A stretch of DNA of 64,000 bases from an uncultured Nitrospinota bacterium (GTDB lineage Bacteria; Nitrospinota; Nitrospinia; Nitrospinales; JAJDAT01), in the NCBI GenBank assembly GCA_964344185.1, contig CAYFMN010000015.1, positions 12,142 to 76,141 of the forward strand, given 5' to 3'. Both the position numbers and the translations under genes were made by a program. How positions within the stretch are numbered: position 1 is the stretch's first letter; each line of letters begins with the position of its first letter. Below the pieces are notes generated by a model, which worked only from the letters and a program-made list of their open reading frames with translations, searched no databases and was not told where the DNA came from. Of the stretch, positions 1 through 9,053 are shown one piece after another.

Positions 1-379
1 ACGCTTTTAGAATTTGCAATACGACCGCTGAATTACTTTTTAGATATTTGCCGAATAAATCTTTGCCTATTTCCAATAAGGTAGTTGATTCGTTTGCTTT
101 TACGCTAGCCGATCTCGTCATCGATTCGATAAGAGCCATTTCTCCCAAAAAATCAAACTTTCTTTTGAAAGCGACTGAAACTTTATCGCGATAAATCTCT
201 AATTCTCCTTCAAGAACAAAAAACATGGTCTCGCCGATTTTACCCTCAGTCAAAAGAACCTCATCTTTTTGCAAGCTTAAAACAGTTCCCTTATCAGCCA
301 ATACTTGCAAAGCCCCCTCCTCTAAACTTTGAAGAATTTCTACTTGTTTCAAAATTTCTATAATTTGTTCTGATTTCAT
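1..379 (-). CDS. cyclic-nucleotide-binding (cNMP/Crp-type) domain protein, N-terminal part; continues beyond window start
   Basis: My own minus-strand translation from ATG (379-377): MKSEQIIEILKQVEILQSLEEGALQVLADKGTVLSLQKDEVLLTEGKIGETMFFVLEGELEIYRDK...FLGEMALIESMTRSASVKANESTTLLEI. This fits the cNMP-binding signature (FGE.AL....R.A.V.A). Not in the ORF track because there is no in-window stop. Confidence 0.7.
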   Translation of the reverse strand, partial: MKSEQIIEILKQVEILQSLEEGALQVLADKGTVLSLQKDEVLLTEGKIGETMFFVLEGELEIYRDKVSVAFKRKFDFLGEMALIESMTRSASVKANESTTLLEIGKDLFGKYLKSNSAVVLQILKA

Positions 380-708
380 CTAAAAAATGACCGAAAAATA
401 AGAGCTTTAAACTTTTTGAAAAAGGAGGATTACAATATCTTTAAAATACCTCAAATAACACATCCACTTTAACACTATTACAGCTACTTACCAAAACTAA
501 AACGGTATTTAAAAATAGCTGGCAATTGAAAATAATCTATCTATAGCCAGAATTTGTAGGTAAATCGAAAAAGGTTTGGATAAATATAAAGAAAAAACAA
601 AATAAACCGTTCATAAACACTAAAAACCTGGCTCAATATGATGGCTTCAATATTTTTAATTTTGGTAAAAAAGTTGCCAAACTCTTAAAAAACAATAATA
701 TTACTTAT

Positions 709-2759
709 ATGCCCAATTATTCGACAATACCAAACTTTTTATTTGATAAAAAAGCAAATCAAATTATCTCAAAAAGCTCTCCTAATCCCTTCTTTCCATT
801 ACTTTTGATTTTATTTTCTATTTTTATTTTAAAAAATATGGCTTTTGCCCAACCTAAGGGAATGGTTTTAATTCCATCGGGCACATTTCTAATGGGAGCC
901 GATCATTCCAAGGAAGCTTTTCAATGCGCTGAATACTTCGGTAATTGTAAGGGAGACTGGTATGCCAGAGAAGAACCGCTTCATAGGGTATCAATCAGAG
1001 CTTTTTTTATAGATAAGAAGGAAGTAAACCAGGGACAATATTTTAGAATTATGGGAAATAACCCCGCATCATTTAAGGGAGCAAAACTCCCGGTGGAGCA
1101 GGTCACTTGGTTTGAAGCTAATCAATATTGTCGAAAAGTAGGTAAACGTTTACCGACAGAAGCCGAATGGGAATATGCAGCGCGAGCGGGCACGCAACTT
1201 AATTATTACTGGGGACAAAAAATTGGTCGTGGAAACGCCAATTGCGATAGCTGCGGAACCATCTGGGAACAAAAAGAGACTTCTCCTGTTGGATACTTTT
1301 CTCCAAATTCATGGGGTCTTTACGATATGTCTGGGAACGTTTGGGAATGGGTGAGCGATTGGTTTGATCCTAAATATTATTCAAAATCGCCGCGTAAAAA
1401 CCCCAAAGGCCCTAAAAGAGGAAAGCTGAAAGTCGCACGGGGAGGTTCATGGTACGATACGCCTTACTTTTCGCGACACGCTTTTAGAAATAGCTTCCCA
1501 CCCGCTATAAGAAACGACGCATTGGGTTTCAGATGCGCTAAAACTCCAAGCCGACAAGAAATCTTAATCGCTTCAAAAAAAGAAAATGAAACTTCATCTG
1601 AATCAATCCAAACGGCAAATCGTGAAGAAAATAACTCAAAACAGCAAACAACTTTAGCTATGCGGTCTAAAGACATTTTAGAAAGTAACGTTTTTTCTCA
1701 GCCTCGCCCAAAAAAACAATTGGAAAAACAATCTAAACCAACAACCACTAGAAATGCCTCTTCTTTCAAAAAAACTCGGAAAAAGGCGACAGGCAATTTA
1801 CGAATTCGAACAAACGTCCCTTTAGCTAAAGCGACCTTGGATGGGAACCTTGCCGGATTAGCTAGAAAAAAATTTCCGTTACAAATCAACCAACTGACTC
1901 CTGGAGAATTTATCCTAAGATTAGAAGCGGAAGGTTACAAAAATATTGAAGATAAAATCGTCATTGCTTCCAATCGCTTAACTGATAAACGTTATGAAAT
2001 GGAAAAATTACAAACCGCTCAGAGCATAGAACAAAAAGCAAAATCTCAGGATAAAAATAAAGCCCCAAAAAACATGATATTTCTTGAGGAAGGTTTGTTT
2101 CTTGCCGGCGCAAATCCAAAGTTTTTAAATAAAATTTGTAAACAAAATGGTTTTTCCTGTGATAACTTAAAAAATCAATTCTTAGCCTCAAGTCCAGTTC
2201 ATGAAGTTTTTATAGATAGTTTTTATATAGATCGTTTTGAAGTCTCTCAGGCACAGTACCGGGCGGTAACGGGGAAAAACCCAGCAAAATTTAAAGGCTC
2301 TCGTCGTCCTGTCGAAAGGTTACCTGGATTGAGGCAAAAGATTTTTGTAGAAAAATTGGAAAACGATTACCGACAGAAATGGAATGGGAATATGCCGCTC
2401 GCGCTGGCTCTAACGACTTTTTCTATTGGGGAAATCGCCCAAGTGATTCTTATAGTTGGCACACAAAAAATTCAAGGCTTCAAAGCCAGCCTGTCGGGCT
2501 TAAACGTCCAAATAAAATTGGTTTGTACGATATGTCGGGAAATGTTTGGGAATGGGTGAGCGATTGGTTTGAGCCTGAGTATTATAAAAACTCCCCAAAA
2601 AGAAGTCCTAAAGGTCCATCAAATGGAAAACTAAAATCTTTAAGAGGAGGTTCTTTCGGGACCACTCAAGACCTGCAAAGACCTACCGCCCGTCGAGGCG
2701 CCCCTATAGACGCAAAATACAACGATATTGGCTTTCGTTGTGCTAAATCTGCGAAATAG
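709..2759 (+). pseudogene. secreted tandem FGE-sulfatase (SUMF1/formylglycine-generating enzyme family) domain protein with central PEGA-like domain; frame broken once near 2314-2319
   Basis: Domain 1: RVSIRAFFIDKKEV...PVEQVTWFEANQYCRKVGKRLPTEAEWEYAARAG...GLYDMSGNVWEWVSDW...GFRCAK. Domain 2 begins in the same frame (VHEVFIDSFYIDRFEV...RRPVE). It continues in the other frame as (K)VTWIEAKDFCRKIGKRLPTEMEWEYAARAG...GLYDMSGNVWEWVSDW...GFRCAK (ORF 2379..2759). The linker contains GNLRIRTNVP...TPGEFILRLEAEGY (PEGA-like). Confidence 0.75.
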
Positions 2760-2829
2760 CTTTCTGTTCGATAAAAAACAAAATTTAAGAAACAGTAAAT
2801 ATTTGATATTTTACTAATACTCTACTGTC

Positions 2830-3822
2830 TTGTTTCAAGCTGGAGAACTAAACCATCTGCAATTTAGACTTCTTGAGGCCGCTTTGAAAACTAGAAAAAT
2901 CTTTCCTTTTATCCTATTAGCATTTTCTAGGCTTTCCAGAATTCCAATACCATTCGTCCAAAATAAAAAAGCTTCTCTAATTCCTATATACATATTGTTG
3001 GGCTCATTAATTTTTTCTAACGGTTGTAGTCGCACCGATTTTCTTTACTCAATTTCAGGATGGGCGGTATTAGGGAAAATAAGAGATTATTTTGAGCTTA
3101 CGGAACGACAAGAAGCTTTTTTAACCGAAAAGATCGACAACATATTTGAATGGCATAAAAAAGAAGAACTGCCCAAAACGGTTTCTTTTCTCAAGAAATT
3201 CAACGACCGGTTTAAAAACGGCCTTACAGAACAAGAGCTATACGCAATAGGCTCCGATTACGATAAATTATGGGACAACCTTATGGCTAAAGCATTGCCG
3301 GAATGGTCTGTCTTTCTTGAATCTGTAAATTCCGATCAAATTCACGAACTCCCTCTCAAACTCGACAAAAGAAACGAATTTTTAGAGAAAAAACTAAAAC
3401 TGACCGACTCGGAATGGGCCAACGACGACTCTGATTGGCTAATAGAAACTTTGGACGATTGGGTGGACGGTCTATCGAAAGAACAAATTTTAAAAATCAA
3501 AAGCTGGATTAAACCCGATAGAACTTTTGTTGAGATCAGACTAACCCAACGCAGATCTTTTCATGAATGGTTTGTGGAAGAGCTCAAAGCAAATAAAACC
3601 GCAAAAGAATTAGAAGTTTCTCTGAGTCCCTGGGTTATTGACCCAGAATCCGTTTGGTCGCCCGCTTTCAAATCTCAAATGGAAAAGAAAAAAGTTGAAT
3701 GGACAAAACTAATGTTGAATATAGATTCTATACTTACTCAAACTCAAAGAAACTACGCTATAGAAAAAATAGACAGTTATATTTCAGGTTTTGAAAAATT
3801 ATTTAAACTAAAACAAGCTTAA
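2830..3822 (+). CDS. putative lipoprotein of unknown function (possibly DUF6279-like); start uncertain
   Basis: Signal-peptide-like KKASLIPIYILLGSLIFSNGC with a lipobox-like SNGC, then a helical soluble domain. The track start is TTG and no in-frame ATG precedes the lipobox. Family guess is from memory only. Confidence 0.5.
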   Translation: MFQAGELNHLQFRLLEAALKTRKIFPFILLAFSRLSRIPIPFVQNKKASLIPIYILLGSLIFSNGCSRTDFLYSISGWAVLGKIRDYFELTERQEAFLTEKIDNIFEWHKKEELPKTVSFLKKFNDRFKNGLTEQELYAIGSDYDKLWDNLMAKALPEWSVFLESVNSDQIHELPLKLDKRNEFLEKKLKLTDSEWANDDSDWLIETLDDWVDGLSKEQILKIKSWIKPDRTFVEIRLTQRRSFHEWFVEELKANKTAKELEVSLSPWVIDPESVWSPAFKSQMEKKKVEWTKLMLNIDSILTQTQRNYAIEKIDSYISGFEKLFKLKQA

Positions 3823-5261
3823 GAGGCGACTTTAACGGGAGCGGGAATTGTCGTTACCGTTTTAGGTAAAGATATTTTAAATTTAGTCCCAATTCCCAAT
3901 TGGCTTTCCACTTCAATTTTTCCTTTATGCGCTTCGATAATATATTTAGATATAGCTAATCCCAGGCCGCTTCCGCCCTCTTTTCTGGATCTTGACTTAT
4001 CAACCCGATAAAACCGGTTAAAAATAAAACCTAGATCCTCCTTTGGAATTCCAATCCCGGTATCTTCGATCGAAAGAACTGCCATGTCATTCTTATCCTG
4101 CAAATAAACTTTTACTCGACCTTCATTAGGAGTGTATTTAATCGCGTTGTTCAACATATTCCATATGGTCTGACGAAGGCGCACGGCGTCGCCAACAATT
4201 TGAACAGGCTCTAAAAATGCAATAATAATATCGATATGCTTTTCGCCAGCAATTATTGCGGCGTGCTTGCAAATATCCTCTGTTATAACCGCTAAATCCA
4301 GAGGCTGGAATTCTAATTGAATTTCAGCCTCATCCGCTTTCGACAAATAAAACAAATCCTCCAAAATTTTAGACATATAATTAATTTCTTCCAAATTACT
4401 CGAAATAACTTCCTGATATTCTTCAGGGGTCCTCACTTTTCTTAAAATTAATTCACTTTGCCCTTTCAAAACAGTTAATGGAGTTCTCAACTCATGAGAA
4501 GCGTCGCTGCTAAATTGCCTAACCTGAATAAAAAAGTTTTCTAATCTTTCTAACATTTCGTTAAAAGTTTGCGCTAGCCTTCCTATTTCATCTTGGGCTT
4601 CGGGTACGGGTATTCTTCTGCTTAAATCAATACCGCTCCCAATTTTCCTGGCAGTTTGGGTTATTTTATCCACAGGCTTTAAAGCTCTTCTTGCCATAAA
4701 ACCTCCAACCAAAGTCGCTAAAGCGAGAACGGCGGGAACGGCCGTATACAAAAAGATCTTCAAATTCTTCATTGTTTCGTTGACCGCCATCAATGAAGTT
4801 CCCACTTGAATCAAATTAACCAGCTTGCTCCCACGCAAAACGGGTCTTGTCAAAACGCGGATGTTTTGATTTTCCGAAAGAGTAAAAGTTTCGTAAGAGC
4901 TTTTTCCTTCCAGGGCTTTGGAATAAGCTTCTTCCGTCAAGGGAAATTGGGAAGGTTCGATGTTTTTGGACAAAGACCCTACATTTCCGGAACCATCGTA
5001 AATTCGGTAAAATTTATTGATGTTTCCATAGCCCAAAAACTGCTCTAAGAAATTTTCCAGTCCGGGTAATGGAGCGGAGGTATATCTTGTTAACGCTGTT
5101 TTTGCAACGACATTAGCGGAGATTTTCAGGGAATTATCTACGCTTTCATAAAGTCTCTTGGAAAGGAAAAAATAGAGCAGAAAACTAAAAAGTATCAGGA
5201 TACTGCCAAGAAGAGCAACGTACCAAGCGGTCAATTTTAAACGAACGGAGTAGATGACCAC
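3819..5261 (-). CDS. sensor histidine kinase (2 TM + HAMP + HisKA + HATPase_c), CusS/heavy-metal-sensor-like
   Basis: H-box SDASHELRTPLT, N-box NMLNNAIKYT, G-boxes DTGIGI and GGSGLGLAI. GTG start 4 nt after the regulator's stop. Confidence 0.9.
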   Translation of the reverse strand: MVIYSVRLKLTAWYVALLGSILILFSFLLYFFLSKRLYESVDNSLKISANVVAKTALTRYTSAPLPGLENFLEQFLGYGNINKFYRIYDGSGNVGSLSKNIEPSQFPLTEEAYSKALEGKSSYETFTLSENQNIRVLTRPVLRGSKLVNLIQVGTSLMAVNETMKNLKIFLYTAVPAVLALATLVGGFMARRALKPVDKITQTARKIGSGIDLSRRIPVPEAQDEIGRLAQTFNEMLERLENFFIQVRQFSSDASHELRTPLTVLKGQSELILRKVRTPEEYQEVISSNLEEINYMSKILEDLFYLSKADEAEIQLEFQPLDLAVITEDICKHAAIIAGEKHIDIIIAFLEPVQIVGDAVRLRQTIWNMLNNAIKYTPNEGRVKVYLQDKNDMAVLSIEDTGIGIPKEDLGFIFNRFYRVDKSRSRKEGGSGLGLAISKYIIEAHKGKIEVESQLGIGTKFKISLPKTVTTIPAPVKVAS

Positions 5262-5265
5262 CAGA

Positions 5266-5934
5266 TCACTCCTTCATCACATAACCCACGCCTCTTAAAG
5301 TATGTATCAACTTCTTAGAATAATTTTTATCGATTTTTTTTCTAAGATGATTTACATAGACGTCGATCACATTGGTAAAGGTATCAAAATTATAATCCCA
5401 AACATGCTCCGCAATCATGGTTCGGGTAAGAACCTTTCCTGGAGATCTCATAAAATATTCAAGCAAACTGTATTCTTTCCCGGTCAATTCAATTTCTTCT
5501 CCATTACGGCTTACCTTATGCTTCACCAAATCCAAAGTAAGATCCGCAATTTGTAAAACCGTTTTAGCCTCGTTTTGACCGCGTCTCAATAACACGCGCG
5601 TACGGGCAAGCAACTCTGAAAATGCAAACGGCTTGGTTAAATAATCGTCGGCGCCTCGGTTTAAACCATTTACCTTGTCATCTACAGAATCCTTGGCGGT
5701 CAATAGCAATATTGGCGTAGTAATATTTTTCTTTCTTAACCTGGAAAGAACTTCTAACCCGTCAATTTTAGGAAGCATGATATCAAGGATAATGAGATCA
5801 TAGTTTTCAGTTTCTGCCAAACCTAAACCTTCTTCCCCATCAGTGGCGATATCCGCCGCGTAAAGCTCTTCCTCCAATCCCTTTTTAATAAATCCAGCGA
5901 CTTTTTTTTCATCTTCGACAACTAAAATTCGCAT
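5266..5934 (-). CDS. OmpR-family response regulator (CusR/CopR-like)
   Basis: MRILVVEDE...DLIILDIMLPKIDG...LTAKD...GADDYLTKPF, plus a winged-helix C-terminus (LTGKEYSLLEYF...VRGVGY). Confidence 0.92.
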   Translation of the reverse strand: MRILVVEDEKKVAGFIKKGLEEELYAADIATDGEEGLGLAETENYDLIILDIMLPKIDGLEVLSRLRKKNITTPILLLTAKDSVDDKVNGLNRGADDYLTKPFAFSELLARTRVLLRRGQNEAKTVLQIADLTLDLVKHKVSRNGEEIELTGKEYSLLEYFMRSPGKVLTRTMIAEHVWDYNFDTFTNVIDVYVNHLRKKIDKNYSKKLIHTLRGVGYVMKE

Positions 5935-5935
5935 T

Positions 5936-6142
5936 TTAATGGTCCCATTTATCTTGGTCTTTATGTAAGTCGATCTCGCTTTTCAACATTTGAATATGTT
6001 TTTCGCAATCTCGCCTAATAGCGGCATACATCGCTCGGCAACTTTCATCGTTCGCGTCAACCATTGCCTGTCGGCAATTTTCTACAGCCTCTTCGGCGGA
6101 CTCTAAGGCTTTTAGTAAATTTGAGTTAAATTTTTCTGCCAT
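5936..6142 (-). CDS. small helical Cys/His-containing protein, first gene of the two-component operon
   Basis: ORF 5936..6154; the ATG at 6142 gives MAEKFNSNLL.... Its stop lies 1 nt from the regulator's ATG. Three Cys (ENCRQ, ESCRA, RDCEK) and a C-terminal HKDQDKWDH. Confidence 0.4.
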   Translation of the reverse strand: MAEKFNSNLLKALESAEEAVENCRQAMVDANDESCRAMYAAIRRDCEKHIQMLKSEIDLHKDQDKWDH

Positions 6143-6216
6143 TATAAACACCAAATCTAAAAGAGTCTTTCAGGAAAACTTTTTTACTTCTTTTGCATTT
6201 AAAAAATTTAAAAAGT

Positions 6217-6477
6217 TCAATTATCGGCGTTTCCCTTTTCCCATTGATCTTGAAATAATATTCTAACCATGATAACACCCAGCGCAACCCCAAAAAGCGG
6301 TAAGTAATTAAACAATTCAATCAAATACTTGCCAAAGGCTCCGTAATTTCTCACTAAATCGCTTAAAATCGGATTCCCAGATTTTTCCACCCAAATAAAA
6401 ATAAAATTGATAACAATTCCACAAACAAACCCGATGAAACCGCCGAACCCATAATATATTAATTTTGTGATATTCAT
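6217..6477 (-). CDS. small integral membrane protein (2-3 TM), unknown function
   Basis: ATG start; hydrophobic segments YYGFGGFIGFVCGIVINFIFIW and YLPLFGVALGVIMVRILF. Confidence 0.4.
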   Translation of the reverse strand: MNITKLIYYGFGGFIGFVCGIVINFIFIWVEKSGNPILSDLVRNYGAFGKYLIELFNYLPLFGVALGVIMVRILFQDQWEKGNADN

Positions 6478-6697
6478 TATATGTGAATTTTCCGAAACAC
6501 CCTAAGAAACTACCCAGTCAACTTATTTTACTAACTAAGACAACCGTTTTTAAATAAAAACGAATAAAAACAGGGTATCGCAATCTAATCAAGTTGTGAC
6601 TATTTCATTTTATCAATATCTTAGTCCAGGATGAAGGGAATTCCTGAATCTGGTATGATGTATGATCAAAAGGTATTCATAAATAGTTCATACTTAA

Positions 6698-6793
6698 GGG
6701 AACCTCTAAAAATTGAGAATTGCAAAGAGACCAGCCCTAATTATCAAGGGCTAGTCGATAGCAAGCTGGTAAAAATATGAATTATTAGAGGTC
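6698..6793 (+). repeat. copy A of a ~90-nt intergenic long-hairpin element (family also at 22137..22230 and 31911..31998)
   Basis: 5' arm ACCTCTAAAAATT (6701-6714) pairs with 3' arm AATTATTAGAGGT (6780-6792). Inner stem AGCCC/GGGCT. Shares blocks ACCTCTAAAAATT.AGA.TTGC, GATAGCAA, GTAAA and AATTATTAG with copy B. Confidence 0.55.
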
Positions 6794-6971
6794 TTCTTAA
6801 ATTATGCGCCAATGGCATATTATTTTAAATAACCGTCTCACATAACCTAACTTTCTCCAAAATACCTAGACTTGACGGCTTATTTAGTAAAGAATACAAT
6901 ATTTTCCTTTAAAATCCGACTTTCGCAAATTTTATCTCTCGTCAGAAGTTCTATCTTCAAGGGTTAACTTA

Positions 6972-8414
6972 ATGGATTACGAAATCGTCATTGGCCTGGA
7001 AGTTCATTGCCAGCTAAAAACAAAATCAAAAATATTTTGCTCATGTCCAGCTGAATTCGGAAGACCGGCGAATGAAAATACATGCCCCATTTGCTTGGGA
7101 ATGCCAGGGACGCTTCCTGTTTTAAACAAACAAGCCCTTGAATATGCAGTGATCGCCGGTCTAGCCACCCATTGCGAAATTCAACCGTTCAATCAATTTG
7201 CTCGAAAAAATTACTTTTATCCGGACCTTCCAAAAGGCTACCAAATTTCGCAATTTGAATTGCCATTTGCGCGTCACGGTCATGTAACTATTAATGTCAA
7301 CGATCAAGAGAAGAAAATTAACCTCACCAGAATACATATGGAGGAAGACGCAGGCAAATCGATTCACGGCGAAAATTTGGGACATCCAGAATTTAGTTAC
7401 GTAGATTTTAACAGGACAGGAATGCCCTTGATAGAAATTGTTAGCGAACCGGAACTAAGGTCTTCGGAAGAAGCCAGAGCCTATTTAACCGAGCTAAAAG
7501 CGATCCTCGAATACGCAGGAGTTAGCGAATGCAACATGGAAGAAGGAGGATTTCGTTGCGACGCAAATGTTTCCCTTAGACCGAAAGGATCCGAAAAATT
7601 AGGAACCAGAACCGAAATCAAAAACGTCAATTCAATTCGGTTTGTCCAAAAGGCTATTGACTACGAAGCGGAGCGACAGGCGAAAATATTAGATCAAGGC
7701 GACCAAATTGTTCAAGAAACACGCCTGTATGATGCAGACAAAGGCGTTACCTATTCCATGAGAGGTAAAGAAGAAGCCCACGACTACCGTTACTTCCCCG
7801 ATCCAGATTTAGTCCCTATCGTTTTAGAAGACAACTGGTTGGAAAAGCTAAAATCTGAATTACCAGAATTACCGGAGCAAAAAAGACACCGTTTTGTAAA
7901 AGAATACGGACTTTCTGAATACGACGCAGGAGTCTTAACAGCGGACCGCTCTCTTGCCTCTTATTTCGAAGAATGCAATTCTTTCTATAAAAAACCCAAA
8001 ATCTCCGCTAATTGGATAATGGGAGATTTGCTTAGAGAATTAAAAAACGACGATAAAGAAATTACCGAATGCCCGGTAACCCCAAAAACCTTAACCGATA
8101 TGCTAAAGCTCATAGACGAAGGAACAATAAATGGGAAAATAGCAAAAACGGTTTTTGAAGAAATGTACCAAACAGGTAAAACTTCGGAAGAAATTGTTAA
8201 AGAAAAAGGATTAACTCAAATCACCGATGACTCGGAGATTCTAAAGATTATTGACCAAATCCTTGAAGCCAACCCAAGCCAAGTGGAAGAATTCCGTGGC
8301 GGAAAAGAAAAATTACTAGGTTTTTTTGTTGGGCAAGTCATGAAGGAAACGAAAGGACAAGCCAACCCCGGAATAGTCAATAAACTTTTAAAAGAAAAAT
8401 TAAAGGGCCCTTAA
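6972..8414 (+). CDS. gatB: Asp-tRNA(Asn)/Glu-tRNA(Gln) amidotransferase subunit B
   Basis: Full-length GatB pattern: [51 protein letters not shown] (GatB/YqeY tail). Confidence 0.97.
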   Translation: MDYEIVIGLEVHCQLKTKSKIFCSCPAEFGRPANENTCPICLGMPGTLPVLNKQALEYAVIAGLATHCEIQPFNQFARKNYFYPDLPKGYQISQFELPFARHGHVTINVNDQEKKINLTRIHMEEDAGKSIHGENLGHPEFSYVDFNRTGMPLIEIVSEPELRSSEEARAYLTELKAILEYAGVSECNMEEGGFRCDANVSLRPKGSEKLGTRTEIKNVNSIRFVQKAIDYEAERQAKILDQGDQIVQETRLYDADKGVTYSMRGKEEAHDYRYFPDPDLVPIVLEDNWLEKLKSELPELPEQKRHRFVKEYGLSEYDAGVLTADRSLASYFEECNSFYKKPKISANWIMGDLLRELKNDDKEITECPVTPKTLTDMLKLIDEGTINGKIAKTVFEEMYQTGKTSEEIVKEKGLTQITDDSEILKIIDQILEANPSQVEEFRGGKEKLLGFFVGQVMKETKGQANPGIVNKLLKEKLKGP

Positions 8415-8453
8415 ATTAAGTCTTTCTCCAAAACTTTATATATTGGAACTCAG

Positions 8454-9020
8454 ATGTCACAAACCTATAATTCAATCTGCAAATTATTTTTAGTTTTCTA
8501 TGCGCTTTCGGTCGTTTTTTTACAATCTCCTCTTATCTCCCAGGCAAAAGCCGAAGCCCAGGAAAAAAACATCCAACAAGGCTCTATTACCTCTGCCGAT
8601 AAAAGGTTTATTGATAACGGCGACGGAACAATCACCGACACGAAAACCAATCTAATGTGGATGAAACAAGATTCCTATTTACACTCCGGCCATTGGATGC
8701 ATTGGTTCGACGCCATCAACTTTGTAAAAAAACTAAACCAGGAACAATTTGCGAATTATATGGATTGGGACATACCCACGGTAGACGAACTTAGAACCTT
8801 ATATGAACCGGAAAAATTTAACAGCTCGCAAATAGGAAGAGAAATGAAAATCCACATCGATCCAATTTTTGCAAAAAACGGATCAGGCGGCCATTGGTCG
8901 ATAGAAAAAAACGGAATGCATAACGCTTTTGGCTTTATTTATAATAACGGTTCGGTATTTTCCCATCCAAAAAAATCCAAATCCAGAAAAGCGGTCCGCG
9001 CTGTAAGACGATTACCCTAA
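8454..9020 (+). CDS. secreted DUF1566 (Lcl C-terminal-like) domain protein
   Basis: Signal peptide, then DNGDGTITDTKTNLMWMKQDS...WFDAINFVKKLN...MDWDIPTVDELRTLYE. Confidence 0.7.
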   Translation: MSQTYNSICKLFLVFYALSVVFLQSPLISQAKAEAQEKNIQQGSITSADKRFIDNGDGTITDTKTNLMWMKQDSYLHSGHWMHWFDAINFVKKLNQEQFANYMDWDIPTVDELRTLYEPEKFNSSQIGREMKIHIDPIFAKNGSGGHWSIEKNGMHNAFGFIYNNGSVFSHPKKSKSRKAVRAVRRLP

Positions 9021-9053
9021 TAACTTTTAACTAAAATTTAAACTTAAGAAATC

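Noticed and set aside
2379-2759. 126-aa ORF as an independent small FGE-sulfatase gene
   Set aside because: Its frame is open upstream to 2295 and continues the interrupted second domain of the 709-frame protein. It is the 3' part of a frameshifted gene, not a separate gene.
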